64,000 nucleotides of DNA from Enterobacter phage ZX14. The position numbers and the translations under genes were made by a program. Each line of letters starts with the position of its first letter. The first letter of the stretch is position 1. This document shows positions 57,101-64,000 of the stretch, one piece after another. The notes beneath the pieces were generated by a model that saw only the letters and a list, made by a program, of their open reading frames with translations, was not told the DNA's origin and did no database searches. Location: sequence record PP236086.1; one strand, written 5' to 3'.

Positions 57101-57281
57101 TGATAATTCTATTTTCCAAGGTCAGACTCCTTCTGAAAGGCGCAAAAAACTAAGTGCTCTGTTAGACCAAAGCGGAATAACATTCTGCCAATGGCGTGAA
57201 CTTGTTGATAAACGTCTTAAAGATGATATAGGTAATCCTAGAGACCCACGTAATCCAACACAGGTAAAAGTAGATGAATAA
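54189..57281 (+). CDS. 7: Baseplate wedge initiator gp7
   Basis: 1030 aa (T4 gp7 is 1032 aa). Confidence 0.88.
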   Translation: MTVKAPDVTSLRIDKLSANQVSIRWDNVGANFYYFVEACQTRDNGVPLDPSRYRWRNLGYTAENDWFEDTFVSPNRYYKMRVAVAAKGFEQSNWVETEEFQMFSQNAYTFETMREFTLSTKFINEKFVFNRPYIDFNRDSIVASLMAENFQYSPAFNDVSSIKNFILNSDQFHEIQGPIEKVCIDVERTMLAEIGDVLYLFERFQPLVKVSNDKGQNWQYVKLFTDRVGNPVSRIPYYQSNTTTYVLGYDRVFYGRQSNDIRWSSDIVKFSSQDVTFAKIGDQLKLGFDVEIFGDYARLPLAISKIAEAITVSDDYIYVVGRDKVFKAKTTNAPVDTDPNSPTFGEKMFETGFSNITGNPKAVCFKMDSVDGRVLALITGEVKTLGMDPTVPANVIDSESKGVYWLDVETDTWTRVFGNTEEERRRIEHGWTSLGTDGKEIFFSSSNFKFEVEADSEISAKYPDLVNSGVRYAYADEKIHDKHYLMMSFRSSADSDFKEFKPGRMTYYAEPFFGWCRRDSVRSWITNSNRAMVVYSDQLYQKTIDPYGSGSPDRIVHEYWEKGHVTVTAPNIEFKGFKKYASGILLHKNTGEIIGYFEFDYRVRDEALIFWKPTEIMFTAELQNQEREIPWTPKVTNSERDPDLRPLLTKMVPDSYLLQDTNFEKFCEYYLQFISDGSGTQYNNLLNLIRNKYPREEDAWEYLWSEIYKRNIYLSKDKRDEVVRFFEARQSDLWMTKGTEASYKFLFKLLYNEDVEIDIESKNTTEYDIIVESDNINEDVVGTSIYTPTGRSNVTYIEREYKDGKLRWRVTIHNLLGRYLVGQEIKSDITGFKGMIIQGVRGKDLMTNSIDYIDRNRSYYVMTIKSNLPTSRYRNDVLRFVHPVGFGFIGITLLTMFVNTGLTLKHVETILNKLKNYRWSDGIPSEWYDRVASLNSAGDVNRDPVTGEVIYLIAPNAGLPFPLPSDYDSENDNSIFQGQTPSERRKKLSALLDQSGITFCQWRELVDKRLKDDIGNPRDPRNPTQVKVDE

Positions 57282-58284
57282 TAGTTCTGTAGTCTATCGT
57301 TCGATTGTTACTTCAAAATTTCGAACTGAAAAGATGTTGAACTTCTATCAATCTATTGGTGATGGTGCAAATCAAAACACGATGTATGTTACTTTCGGAC
57401 GCTCAGAACCCTGGGCGTCAAACGAAAATGACCCAGGTTTTGCTCCTCCTTACCCAGTAGATGATGTTGAAGGAATTGAAGATATGTGGACCCATATGAT
57501 GGGTTCTGTTAAAGTATACAAGTCAATGCTTGATGCTATTACTCCACGTAAAGATTGGGGTGATATCAGATATCCAAACCCACGTAACTTCCAAGTCGGT
57601 GAAATAGTAGTTTCTAACAGCGCTCCATATAACCGAACGGATGCTGGCGCTGGTTGGATGGTTTATCGTTGTGTTGACATTCCAGACACCGGTACATGCT
57701 CAATTTATGAACTCACTAATAAAGAAGAGTGTATGAAATTAGGCGGTAAATGGACATCTAGTATAGATTCTATGATACCGCCATCTGGGACTCGTGATAC
57801 CGAAGGTGGTGAAATAATCAACTTAGGCGATGGTTATCTTTGGGAATATCTTTATGAGATTCCACCTGATGTAAGTATTAACCGTTGTACTAATGAATAT
57901 ATCGTGGTTCCTTGGCCTGATGAAGTTAAGGAAGACCCTGAACGTTGGGGTTATCAAAATAACTTATCATGGCAAACTGGCGATTATGGTGTTGTGTTTA
58001 GAGTTAAGGCGAATACCATAAGATTTAAAGCCTTCTTGGATTCGGTTTATTTCCCTAAATTTAGTTTACCTGGTAACAATGGTTTCCGTCAGATTTCTAT
58101 TATTAGTAATCCATTAGAAAAACGTGTTATTCCAAGCGACCCTAATGTCAAAGCTATCAAAGAATATTACGATGCTGTTGATTTAGATCGCCATTCCGGT
58201 GAAATGATATACATGGAAAATAGACCTCCTGTAATAAGAGCTATGGACCAGACAGAAGAAATTAACATCATCTTCGAATTCTAA
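57274..58284 (+). CDS. 8: Baseplate wedge protein gp8
   Basis: 336 aa (T4 gp8 is 334 aa); overlaps the gp7 end. Confidence 0.85.
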   Translation: MNNSSVVYRSIVTSKFRTEKMLNFYQSIGDGANQNTMYVTFGRSEPWASNENDPGFAPPYPVDDVEGIEDMWTHMMGSVKVYKSMLDAITPRKDWGDIRYPNPRNFQVGEIVVSNSAPYNRTDAGAGWMVYRCVDIPDTGTCSIYELTNKEECMKLGGKWTSSIDSMIPPSGTRDTEGGEIINLGDGYLWEYLYEIPPDVSINRCTNEYIVVPWPDEVKEDPERWGYQNNLSWQTGDYGVVFRVKANTIRFKAFLDSVYFPKFSLPGNNGFRQISIISNPLEKRVIPSDPNVKAIKEYYDAVDLDRHSGEMIYMENRPPVIRAMDQTEEINIIFEF

Positions 58285-58285
58285 T

Positions 58286-58309
58286 AAGGGCCTTCGGGCC
58301 CTTTCGGGG
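58286..58309 (+). terminator. Intrinsic terminator after gene 8 (GGGCC-UUCG-GGCCC-UUUCGGGG)
   Basis: aagggccttcgggccctttcgggg, directly followed by the late promoter. Confidence 0.7.
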
Positions 58310-58310
58310 C

Positions 58311-58318
58311 TATAAATA
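58311..58318 (+). promoter_or_regulatory. T4-type late promoter TATAAATA for gene 9
   Basis: Exact TATAAATA 27 bp upstream of the gene 9 ATG. Confidence 0.7.
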
Positions 58319-58344
58319 TTGATATACAATAAAGAGGCTAAATT

Positions 58345-59205
58345 ATGATTCCACAAGTAAATGGCAAACTTTTAATCGACGTTGGAGAGATTGGTAACGC
58401 CTCTACCGGCGATATTCTCTACGACGGTGGTGTTAAACTCAACACAGATTTAAACAACATCTATAATACATTCGGTGACCAACGTCTAGCCGATGTATAT
58501 GATTCACAGAAATTACATGCGACCGGATATTATCAAAAGGTTACTAAGACTTCGGATTTCGGACCTGGTGTAGACCCTGGCACTCAGGCTGACGTAGATA
58601 CTTCAGCTGGCAATATAATTTGTGCTGTTCGAAATGGTAAAGTAGGCGAAGGCGTAGTCTTTATCAATAGCACAGGTAGTTTTAGCACAGAAAACTTTTT
58701 TGAGATTCAAGTAGTAGATAGTTTTGTTTCTATTCCTTCTGGGAACCTTCGTGTTACTACGCCTTTTAGTAGAATTACTGTTTGGTGTGTTAGTGTAGAA
58801 GGCGGCGTAGTTAAATGGGATTATAGCATCGAAAGTATGTTCGGTGATAAGTCAATTCCTTTAAACAAAACGTTCCAACTTTCTAATGTTAAACGTGATA
58901 TTCAGCTTTTCCCTAAAGGACAATATCAAACAGCTAAAATATTAGCAACCGCTTCTACTACAGACGGAACTAAATATAAAGTATCTGAAATCCTTTTATA
59001 CGTTGATAGCGTTGCTAATAAAGTATATTCGACTGAATATGCGGTTATAAGAGGTGGAGCCACAGACGACGAAGATGAATTATATGATTTGACGTTTAGC
59101 TCTCCTGTAGGCGATTATATAATTGCTACAGTAAATAGCCCGAGCCCAACAATGCGCTTGGCTCTTAAAATAGTAGAAACGCAATCATTTGGGGTTACTA
59201 TCTAA
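58345..59205 (+). CDS. 9: Baseplate wedge tail-fibre connector gp9
   Basis: 286 aa (T4 gp9 is 288 aa). Terminator plus late promoter upstream. Confidence 0.85.
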   Translation: MIPQVNGKLLIDVGEIGNASTGDILYDGGVKLNTDLNNIYNTFGDQRLADVYDSQKLHATGYYQKVTKTSDFGPGVDPGTQADVDTSAGNIICAVRNGKVGEGVVFINSTGSFSTENFFEIQVVDSFVSIPSGNLRVTTPFSRITVWCVSVEGGVVKWDYSIESMFGDKSIPLNKTFQLSNVKRDIQLFPKGQYQTAKILATASTTDGTKYKVSEILLYVDSVANKVYSTEYAVIRGGATDDEDELYDLTFSSPVGDYIIATVNSPSPTMRLALKIVETQSFGVTI

Positions 59206-61022
59206 TGAAACAAAATCTTAATGTAGGTAACGTTGTAGACGACGGTACCGGTGATTACCTGAGAAAAGGTGGTCTTAAGCTTAATAATAACTTTGATGAG
59301 TTATATTATCAATTAGGCGATGGCTCATTCCCGCACGCTGCAGGTGCATGGAAAACATATTCCGCTACACAGGGTGCTGTATTAACGGCTAACTTTGGTA
59401 AATCATATGCTTTGAATACTACTAGCGGGCGTATTACCGTAAATCTACCTAAAGGGACTATTGATAACTATAACTATGTTATTCGTCTGAGAGATGTATT
59501 CGGTACATGGCAACGCAACCCAGTTAGAATAGTTCCTGCTGCTGGTGATACCATTAAGGGTTCTCCTAACGCAGTAGAAATTAACAGAAACTTTGCCGAC
59601 CTAGAATTAGTTTATTGCTCACCTGGTCGTTGGGAATATATCAAGAACAAATCAATCGACCGTATTGATAACAATGATATCGCCACAGTAGCAACTCAAG
59701 AATTTATTGCTACACAAGGACAAAGGGATTTCATGAACATCTTTTCTGCTCATGATTACAACCCTACGAACTTGAAAGTTTTCCATCGTGGTAACTTATT
59801 GTTCTACGGTAAAGATAATGTTTTTGATCCTGTTAACGCTGAAGTAGGTTCTCCTGTTCCAGGTAATTCGACTGCACTTCAGGCATATGATGGCAAAAAT
59901 ATAAGACTTCGTAACGCATGTAATGAAGGCGATACTGTTATTGTTGTGTCTTATATGGATGGTTTAGGCCAATGGCGATCTTCATATAACCGTAGACAAG
60001 TCCGTGTTCTTGATTCTAAGTATACAAATAAAACTACTATAAATGGTAGTGTTATTGTTGACGATTTAGAAAATAAAAAAGTTTTTACCATGGCTGAACT
60101 GGGTGTTACTCCAGACCAACCTGTGAACCCTAATGCGGTTGAATTGTCTATAAACTCTGTCCTTCAATACCAGGCAGGTACAGCTGGTTTACCTGTATTC
60201 CGATGTGAAGGTGCCGATACTGAAGACGCAGACGACTGTTATGCTTTAGGTGGCCAATGGGTTGAATCCGCTACTGATTTCCTTTTTGATTCGGGACCGG
60301 ACGGTATTATTGTTGAAGAAGTTAGATTTGATAAACCTTTAGAACACGGTGATATTATCACTTTAGTTTGGTATAACAATAATATCGGAACCACACTAGA
60401 ATTAGAAGAAATTTTATTAGAGACTGATTCTAGATATGTTTCTGGTATGGACACTGTTAACATCACAGGTGATGTTCGTATCACGGATGTTAATAATCCG
60501 TTCTGGCCTAACGTTGAACCAGCTGCTCCTACAGAATTCCAACCAAGTACGGTACCGGCTATTTTCGATTTAGTCTATCCTATTGGAAGTGTTTATGAAA
60601 ATACTGTGAACCCTAATAACCCTTCTACTTATATGGGCTTTGGCCTTTGGAAAAGATTGGAAGGAACTGTTTTAGTAGGTTGGTCTTCATCTCCTGGTAC
60701 TAGGTTTAACCTGAATAATAACCACTTAGATACTACAGGAAAACAGCAAAGTACAGCAGGTGGCACAGGCGGTAATGATGATTTGACTCTTAAAGCAGGT
60801 CAAATTCCTATGCTTAGAACCGACGACAAAGTTCTAGTCGTAGACCCTAATGGTCCTATTGTGGTTGGTGGATGTCAATTTGACCCGGATGCATCAGGTC
60901 CTGCTTATACAAAATATCGTGAAGCTCAAGCTACAATCAATAAAGAAAATATTATTGACCCTGCTAGTATTGATATCATGAACCCATATATAACCGTTTA
61001 TCGTTGGATGAGGGTTGCTTAA
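59205..61022 (+). CDS. 10: Baseplate wedge protein gp10
   Basis: 605 aa (T4 gp10 is 602 aa). Confidence 0.85.
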   Translation: MKQNLNVGNVVDDGTGDYLRKGGLKLNNNFDELYYQLGDGSFPHAAGAWKTYSATQGAVLTANFGKSYALNTTSGRITVNLPKGTIDNYNYVIRLRDVFGTWQRNPVRIVPAAGDTIKGSPNAVEINRNFADLELVYCSPGRWEYIKNKSIDRIDNNDIATVATQEFIATQGQRDFMNIFSAHDYNPTNLKVFHRGNLLFYGKDNVFDPVNAEVGSPVPGNSTALQAYDGKNIRLRNACNEGDTVIVVSYMDGLGQWRSSYNRRQVRVLDSKYTNKTTINGSVIVDDLENKKVFTMAELGVTPDQPVNPNAVELSINSVLQYQAGTAGLPVFRCEGADTEDADDCYALGGQWVESATDFLFDSGPDGIIVEEVRFDKPLEHGDIITLVWYNNNIGTTLELEEILLETDSRYVSGMDTVNITGDVRITDVNNPFWPNVEPAAPTEFQPSTVPAIFDLVYPIGSVYENTVNPNNPSTYMGFGLWKRLEGTVLVGWSSSPGTRFNLNNNHLDTTGKQQSTAGGTGGNDDLTLKAGQIPMLRTDDKVLVVDPNGPIVVGGCQFDPDASGPAYTKYREAQATINKENIIDPASIDIMNPYITVYRWMRVA

Positions 61023-61684
61023 TGTTTAGTTTATCACGTTCTAAGGCGGGAGTAATATCTCGCCTTGCCGATTATCTTCAATTTCGGCTAAATCCTAATA
61101 AAACAGATTTTGTAGCAGGACAAAGGGCTGTAGGTGGCCCTTCAGCCTCTCAAACGCAATTAGGTATTTTTTATCCTACTGTCCAGGGTGCAATTGATGA
61201 TTTGGTAGGTCGTTGTGATTTACCTGTAAATACTGTAGTAATTAACACAGACGGACTTCCGCCTGGCTTTACTAATCAAACAGACCAACTTAAATTTAGT
61301 GGTATTGTTCAAGGCCCGACCGGTTCAGAACAAATGATTTATGTTTTAGGCTTCCCAGTTAAAGTCGCTGAAGGTGATACTGATATATCAGTAGCAGCTA
61401 AAGCACATGCTGTCTTAACCGATGCTGTTGTTAATTCTATTGCGATTTCATCTGTAGAAATAGATAGTACTGACTCTACAGTATTAAATATTACATATAA
61501 TGATTATCAGACACATATTTACCAGCCAGTGCCTCAATACGGTATTTCAATAACTCAAACTATTGTAGTAGAAGGTAAAGCCGGATACGGTAACTGGGCT
61601 AGAATGGGTACTGTGGACCAAACTTTGACCGGTGGCGAAGTTGATGGTAATATTACTTTGTATTATTTTAGAAGAGAATCATAA
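61022..61684 (+). CDS. 11: Baseplate wedge / short tail-fibre attachment protein gp11
   Basis: Starts MFSLSRSKAGVISRLADYL (T4 gp11 ...KAGVISRLADFL). 220 aa; TAATG overlap with gene 10. Confidence 0.88.
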   Translation: MFSLSRSKAGVISRLADYLQFRLNPNKTDFVAGQRAVGGPSASQTQLGIFYPTVQGAIDDLVGRCDLPVNTVVINTDGLPPGFTNQTDQLKFSGIVQGPTGSEQMIYVLGFPVKVAEGDTDISVAAKAHAVLTDAVVNSIAISSVEIDSTDSTVLNITYNDYQTHIYQPVPQYGISITQTIVVEGKAGYGNWARMGTVDQTLTGGEVDGNITLYYFRRES

Positions 61685-63258
61685 TGACTACTAATACAAT
61701 ACGTCACGTCAGTGACGAATCAGTATACAAAATTTTTAAACCCGCAGGAACCGCATTTCCTTCTAATATCACAAACGTTCAGGCTGCCTTAGCAGCCTTG
61801 AACCCTATTGCGATTAATGGCATCCCTAATGCAACACAAACTGTTGTAGGGATAAGTCGATTTGCGTCTCAGGCGGAGGTAGATAGCGGCACTCTTAACA
61901 ACGTTAGTGTTTCTCCAGCAACATTAAAGTCCGCCATCCTGCGTCCACCTGCAACGACTACAGTAGCGGGTCTTACTAGATATGCTACTACTTCGGAAGC
62001 CTTAGCAGGAACAGTAGGTGATGCTGCGGTGGTTCCTACAGGACTTAAAGCTTCTGTTGATGCAGCAAAAACACAAATTCTTTCTACCCAAGCCACTGAA
62101 CTAGTTATGGGTCTGGCTAAAATATCTACACAAGCTGCTGCTTTAGCAGGTGCAGATGATTTAACTATAATGACCCCTAAAAAAGTTGCGCTAGCTATTG
62201 GTAAAGCTATTGCGACCGTTCCGTCATATTCTAACGCGTCTGAAACAAATTATGGCTTAGTTAGAATGGCTACTGCCGGTGAAGTTCAGGCAGGTAACGT
62301 TGGTAACGCGGTTGCAATATCCCCAGCAAATTTAAAAACTTTAATTTCTACTACTTCGAGAAATGGTTTAATTTCTATTGCTTCTGGTGCTGAAGTCGCT
62401 GCTGGTACTAATAATACCAAAGCTATTACTCCAGCTGCATTATTATCTAGAACAGGTAATGAAAGTAGAACAGGTCTTCTTAAAACAACTCGAACTGTTG
62501 GTTCAGGTGATGGAAGCACTGCATTAGCGTATAATGCGAATGTTATTTCAACCCAAGGCAACCAATCTATTAATGGTGGATTGACTCTTACGGGTCTTCA
62601 GATTAATGGGCAGGCTAATATAACATCAAATACGACAATTGGCGGTAATTTAACTGTATCAGGCGGGATTACTTCTAGAGGACAACAAGTTGTTACTATC
62701 GATATGATAGGTGACGACGTTCCTGTAGGTGTTATTGTTATGTGGATTGGTGCTGCAAATAAGGTCCCAGCCAAATGGCGTATTTGTGATGGTGGATATA
62801 CTTATTCTGCATCTTCAAACCCGGCTCTGTGGAATGTTTTACCTACCGGGCGTGTTCCTGATATGAGGGGTTTATTTGTTCGTGGTGCTGGTGTTGGCGC
62901 TGATATTCTTAATGCCCGATCGCCTGATAGTAAAGGTAAACCAGGTCTTGGTGTAGGTTGTGGTGCTGGTGCGGTTGGTACAGTTCAAGCTCAAGCTGTT
63001 AAGAAACACAAACACAACAGTGGATGGGGTGAACATAATAGAAAATCCGACGCATATTTCGGTTCTACTATGATAAACGGTAAACGTGGTAGTAATAGAA
63101 CAGATAGTGATAACTGGCTGTATTTCACTAATGACGGCGAAGAGACTGAACCGGAAAATATCCGAGATTCATTCGGAACAATGAACCCTAAAGACCTTAT
63201 GCAAGACGAAAACCGTCCTTGGAACATCGCAGTATATTATATCATCAAAATCCAATAA
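61684..63258 (+). CDS. 12: Short tail fibre protein gp12
   Basis: 524 aa (T4 gp12 is 527 aa), with an Ala/Thr/Gly-rich repetitive shaft. Confidence 0.88.
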   Translation: MTTNTIRHVSDESVYKIFKPAGTAFPSNITNVQAALAALNPIAINGIPNATQTVVGISRFASQAEVDSGTLNNVSVSPATLKSAILRPPATTTVAGLTRYATTSEALAGTVGDAAVVPTGLKASVDAAKTQILSTQATELVMGLAKISTQAAALAGADDLTIMTPKKVALAIGKAIATVPSYSNASETNYGLVRMATAGEVQAGNVGNAVAISPANLKTLISTTSRNGLISIASGAEVAAGTNNTKAITPAALLSRTGNESRTGLLKTTRTVGSGDGSTALAYNANVISTQGNQSINGGLTLTGLQINGQANITSNTTIGGNLTVSGGITSRGQQVVTIDMIGDDVPVGVIVMWIGAANKVPAKWRICDGGYTYSASSNPALWNVLPTGRVPDMRGLFVRGAGVGADILNARSPDSKGKPGLGVGCGAGAVGTVQAQAVKKHKHNSGWGEHNRKSDAYFGSTMINGKRGSNRTDSDNWLYFTNDGEETEPENIRDSFGTMNPKDLMQDENRPWNIAVYYIIKIQ

Positions 63259-63267
63259 GGAATTAAA

Positions 63268-64000
63268 ATGATCGAACATTTGGAATTAAAAAATCTTCCA
63301 TATGTCGATGGCTATCCTGAAGCAGACCAGAAGCGCATCCCATGGGTGCGCAATGGCGAATGTTTAGACGGTGCTACGACAAAATATGGTAATGATGGCA
63401 CATTGAATGGCGCGCCGTTAGGAATTCAGCGAAACGTTGAAAGGCTTGAAGAAAACTCTGAACTTACTAAAGATGCTTTAAATGTAGTTATTGACAATGT
63501 TAATAACATTAATGAAGCCTTAGAAGCGGGTTCTGATGTAAGTATCATCCAACAGGTTTCTAAAAACAAAGAAAATATAGAAATTCTTCAGGTCCATATG
63601 CAATTTGCTGAAGATAATATTGGAGACCTTTATACCGACACCGAATTCCTTAAAGAAGATTTAGGTGTTTATGACCCAGCGCTTGACGGATATTATCGTC
63701 CTGTTCGTGACGATATTGTATTCCTGAAAAAAGAAATTGGTCAATACCCAGACCAGGATATAAACGGTCAGTCTAAACCAGGTGCAGAAGCAACTGGTAT
63801 GAAGCGTCGCATTATTAACAATAGCTCGGCTATTGTTTCTCATGCTATCAGAATTAAAACTTTAGAGGATAATTACACCGATTCTGACGTAGGTTCATTA
63901 AGTATTAAAATTAATGAGCTGCGCTCTGAATTAGGCCCTAGAGCAAGTTCTATCGGTAAGCCTGACGTTTATACTCGCCTTGATTCTTTAGATTCCATTA
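63268..64000 (+). CDS. wac: Fibritin (whisker) Wac, N-terminal part; continues past the window end
   Basis: MIEHLELKNLPYVDGYPEAD...RNVERLEEN... parallels the T4 Wac N-terminus and heptad segments. Confidence 0.85.
   Translation, partial: MIEHLELKNLPYVDGYPEADQKRIPWVRNGECLDGATTKYGNDGTLNGAPLGIQRNVERLEENSELTKDALNVVIDNVNNINEALEAGSDVSIIQQVSKNKENIEILQVHMQFAEDNIGDLYTDTEFLKEDLGVYDPALDGYYRPVRDDIVFLKKEIGQYPDQDINGQSKPGAEATGMKRRIINNSSAIVSHAIRIKTLEDNYTDSDVGSLSIKINELRSELGPRASSIGKPDVYTRLDSLDSI

Overview
This window is a T4-like myovirus (Tevenvirinae) genome segment, colinear with phage T4 from regA/62/44/45 through 46/47/55/49/nrdC/tk/regB/denV/e, the tRNA cluster, 57B/57A/1/3/2/4 and the baseplate genes 53/5/5.1/5.4/6-12 to the start of wac. 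Positions 1-49040 are transcribed on the minus strand (DNA replication/recombination genes, then a long early region of small ORFs). Positions 49090-64000 are on the plus strand (late baseplate and short tail fibre genes). Core genes have T4-identical lengths and recognisable sequences. The early region carries many T4-type early promoters on the minus strand (-35 GTTTACA, seen as 'tgtaaac' on the plus strand) that sit inside covarying inverted repeats (PeSL-like cassettes), plus UUCG-tetraloop terminators and TATAAATA late promoters. A cluster of about ten minus-strand tRNA genes (Leu-UAA, two CAU, Arg-UCU, Tyr, Lys, Gln, His and one ambiguous) lies at 41337-43480, with three ORFs embedded in it and ORF-free gaps at its 3' end. 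The most interesting accessory content is: (1) a paralogous family of five small acidic proteins ending in W-x-SSS-x-x-C, with a related 'YYPxGG' motif family at a second locus; (2) a clear TARG1/OARD1-type macro domain protein; (3) a PspA/IM30-like protein; (4) five internal-protein genes carrying the MKTYQEF capsid-targeting sequence; (5) a Pol-beta-type nucleotidyltransferase near a P-loop ATPase; and (6) secreted lytic-transglycosylase-like and other periplasmic proteins. No alpha-glucosyltransferase or nrdD/nrdG is found at the T4 positions. The 4 kb between nrdC and ORF 20388..21398 (nrdC.x region) could not be assigned; the rI placement is tentative.
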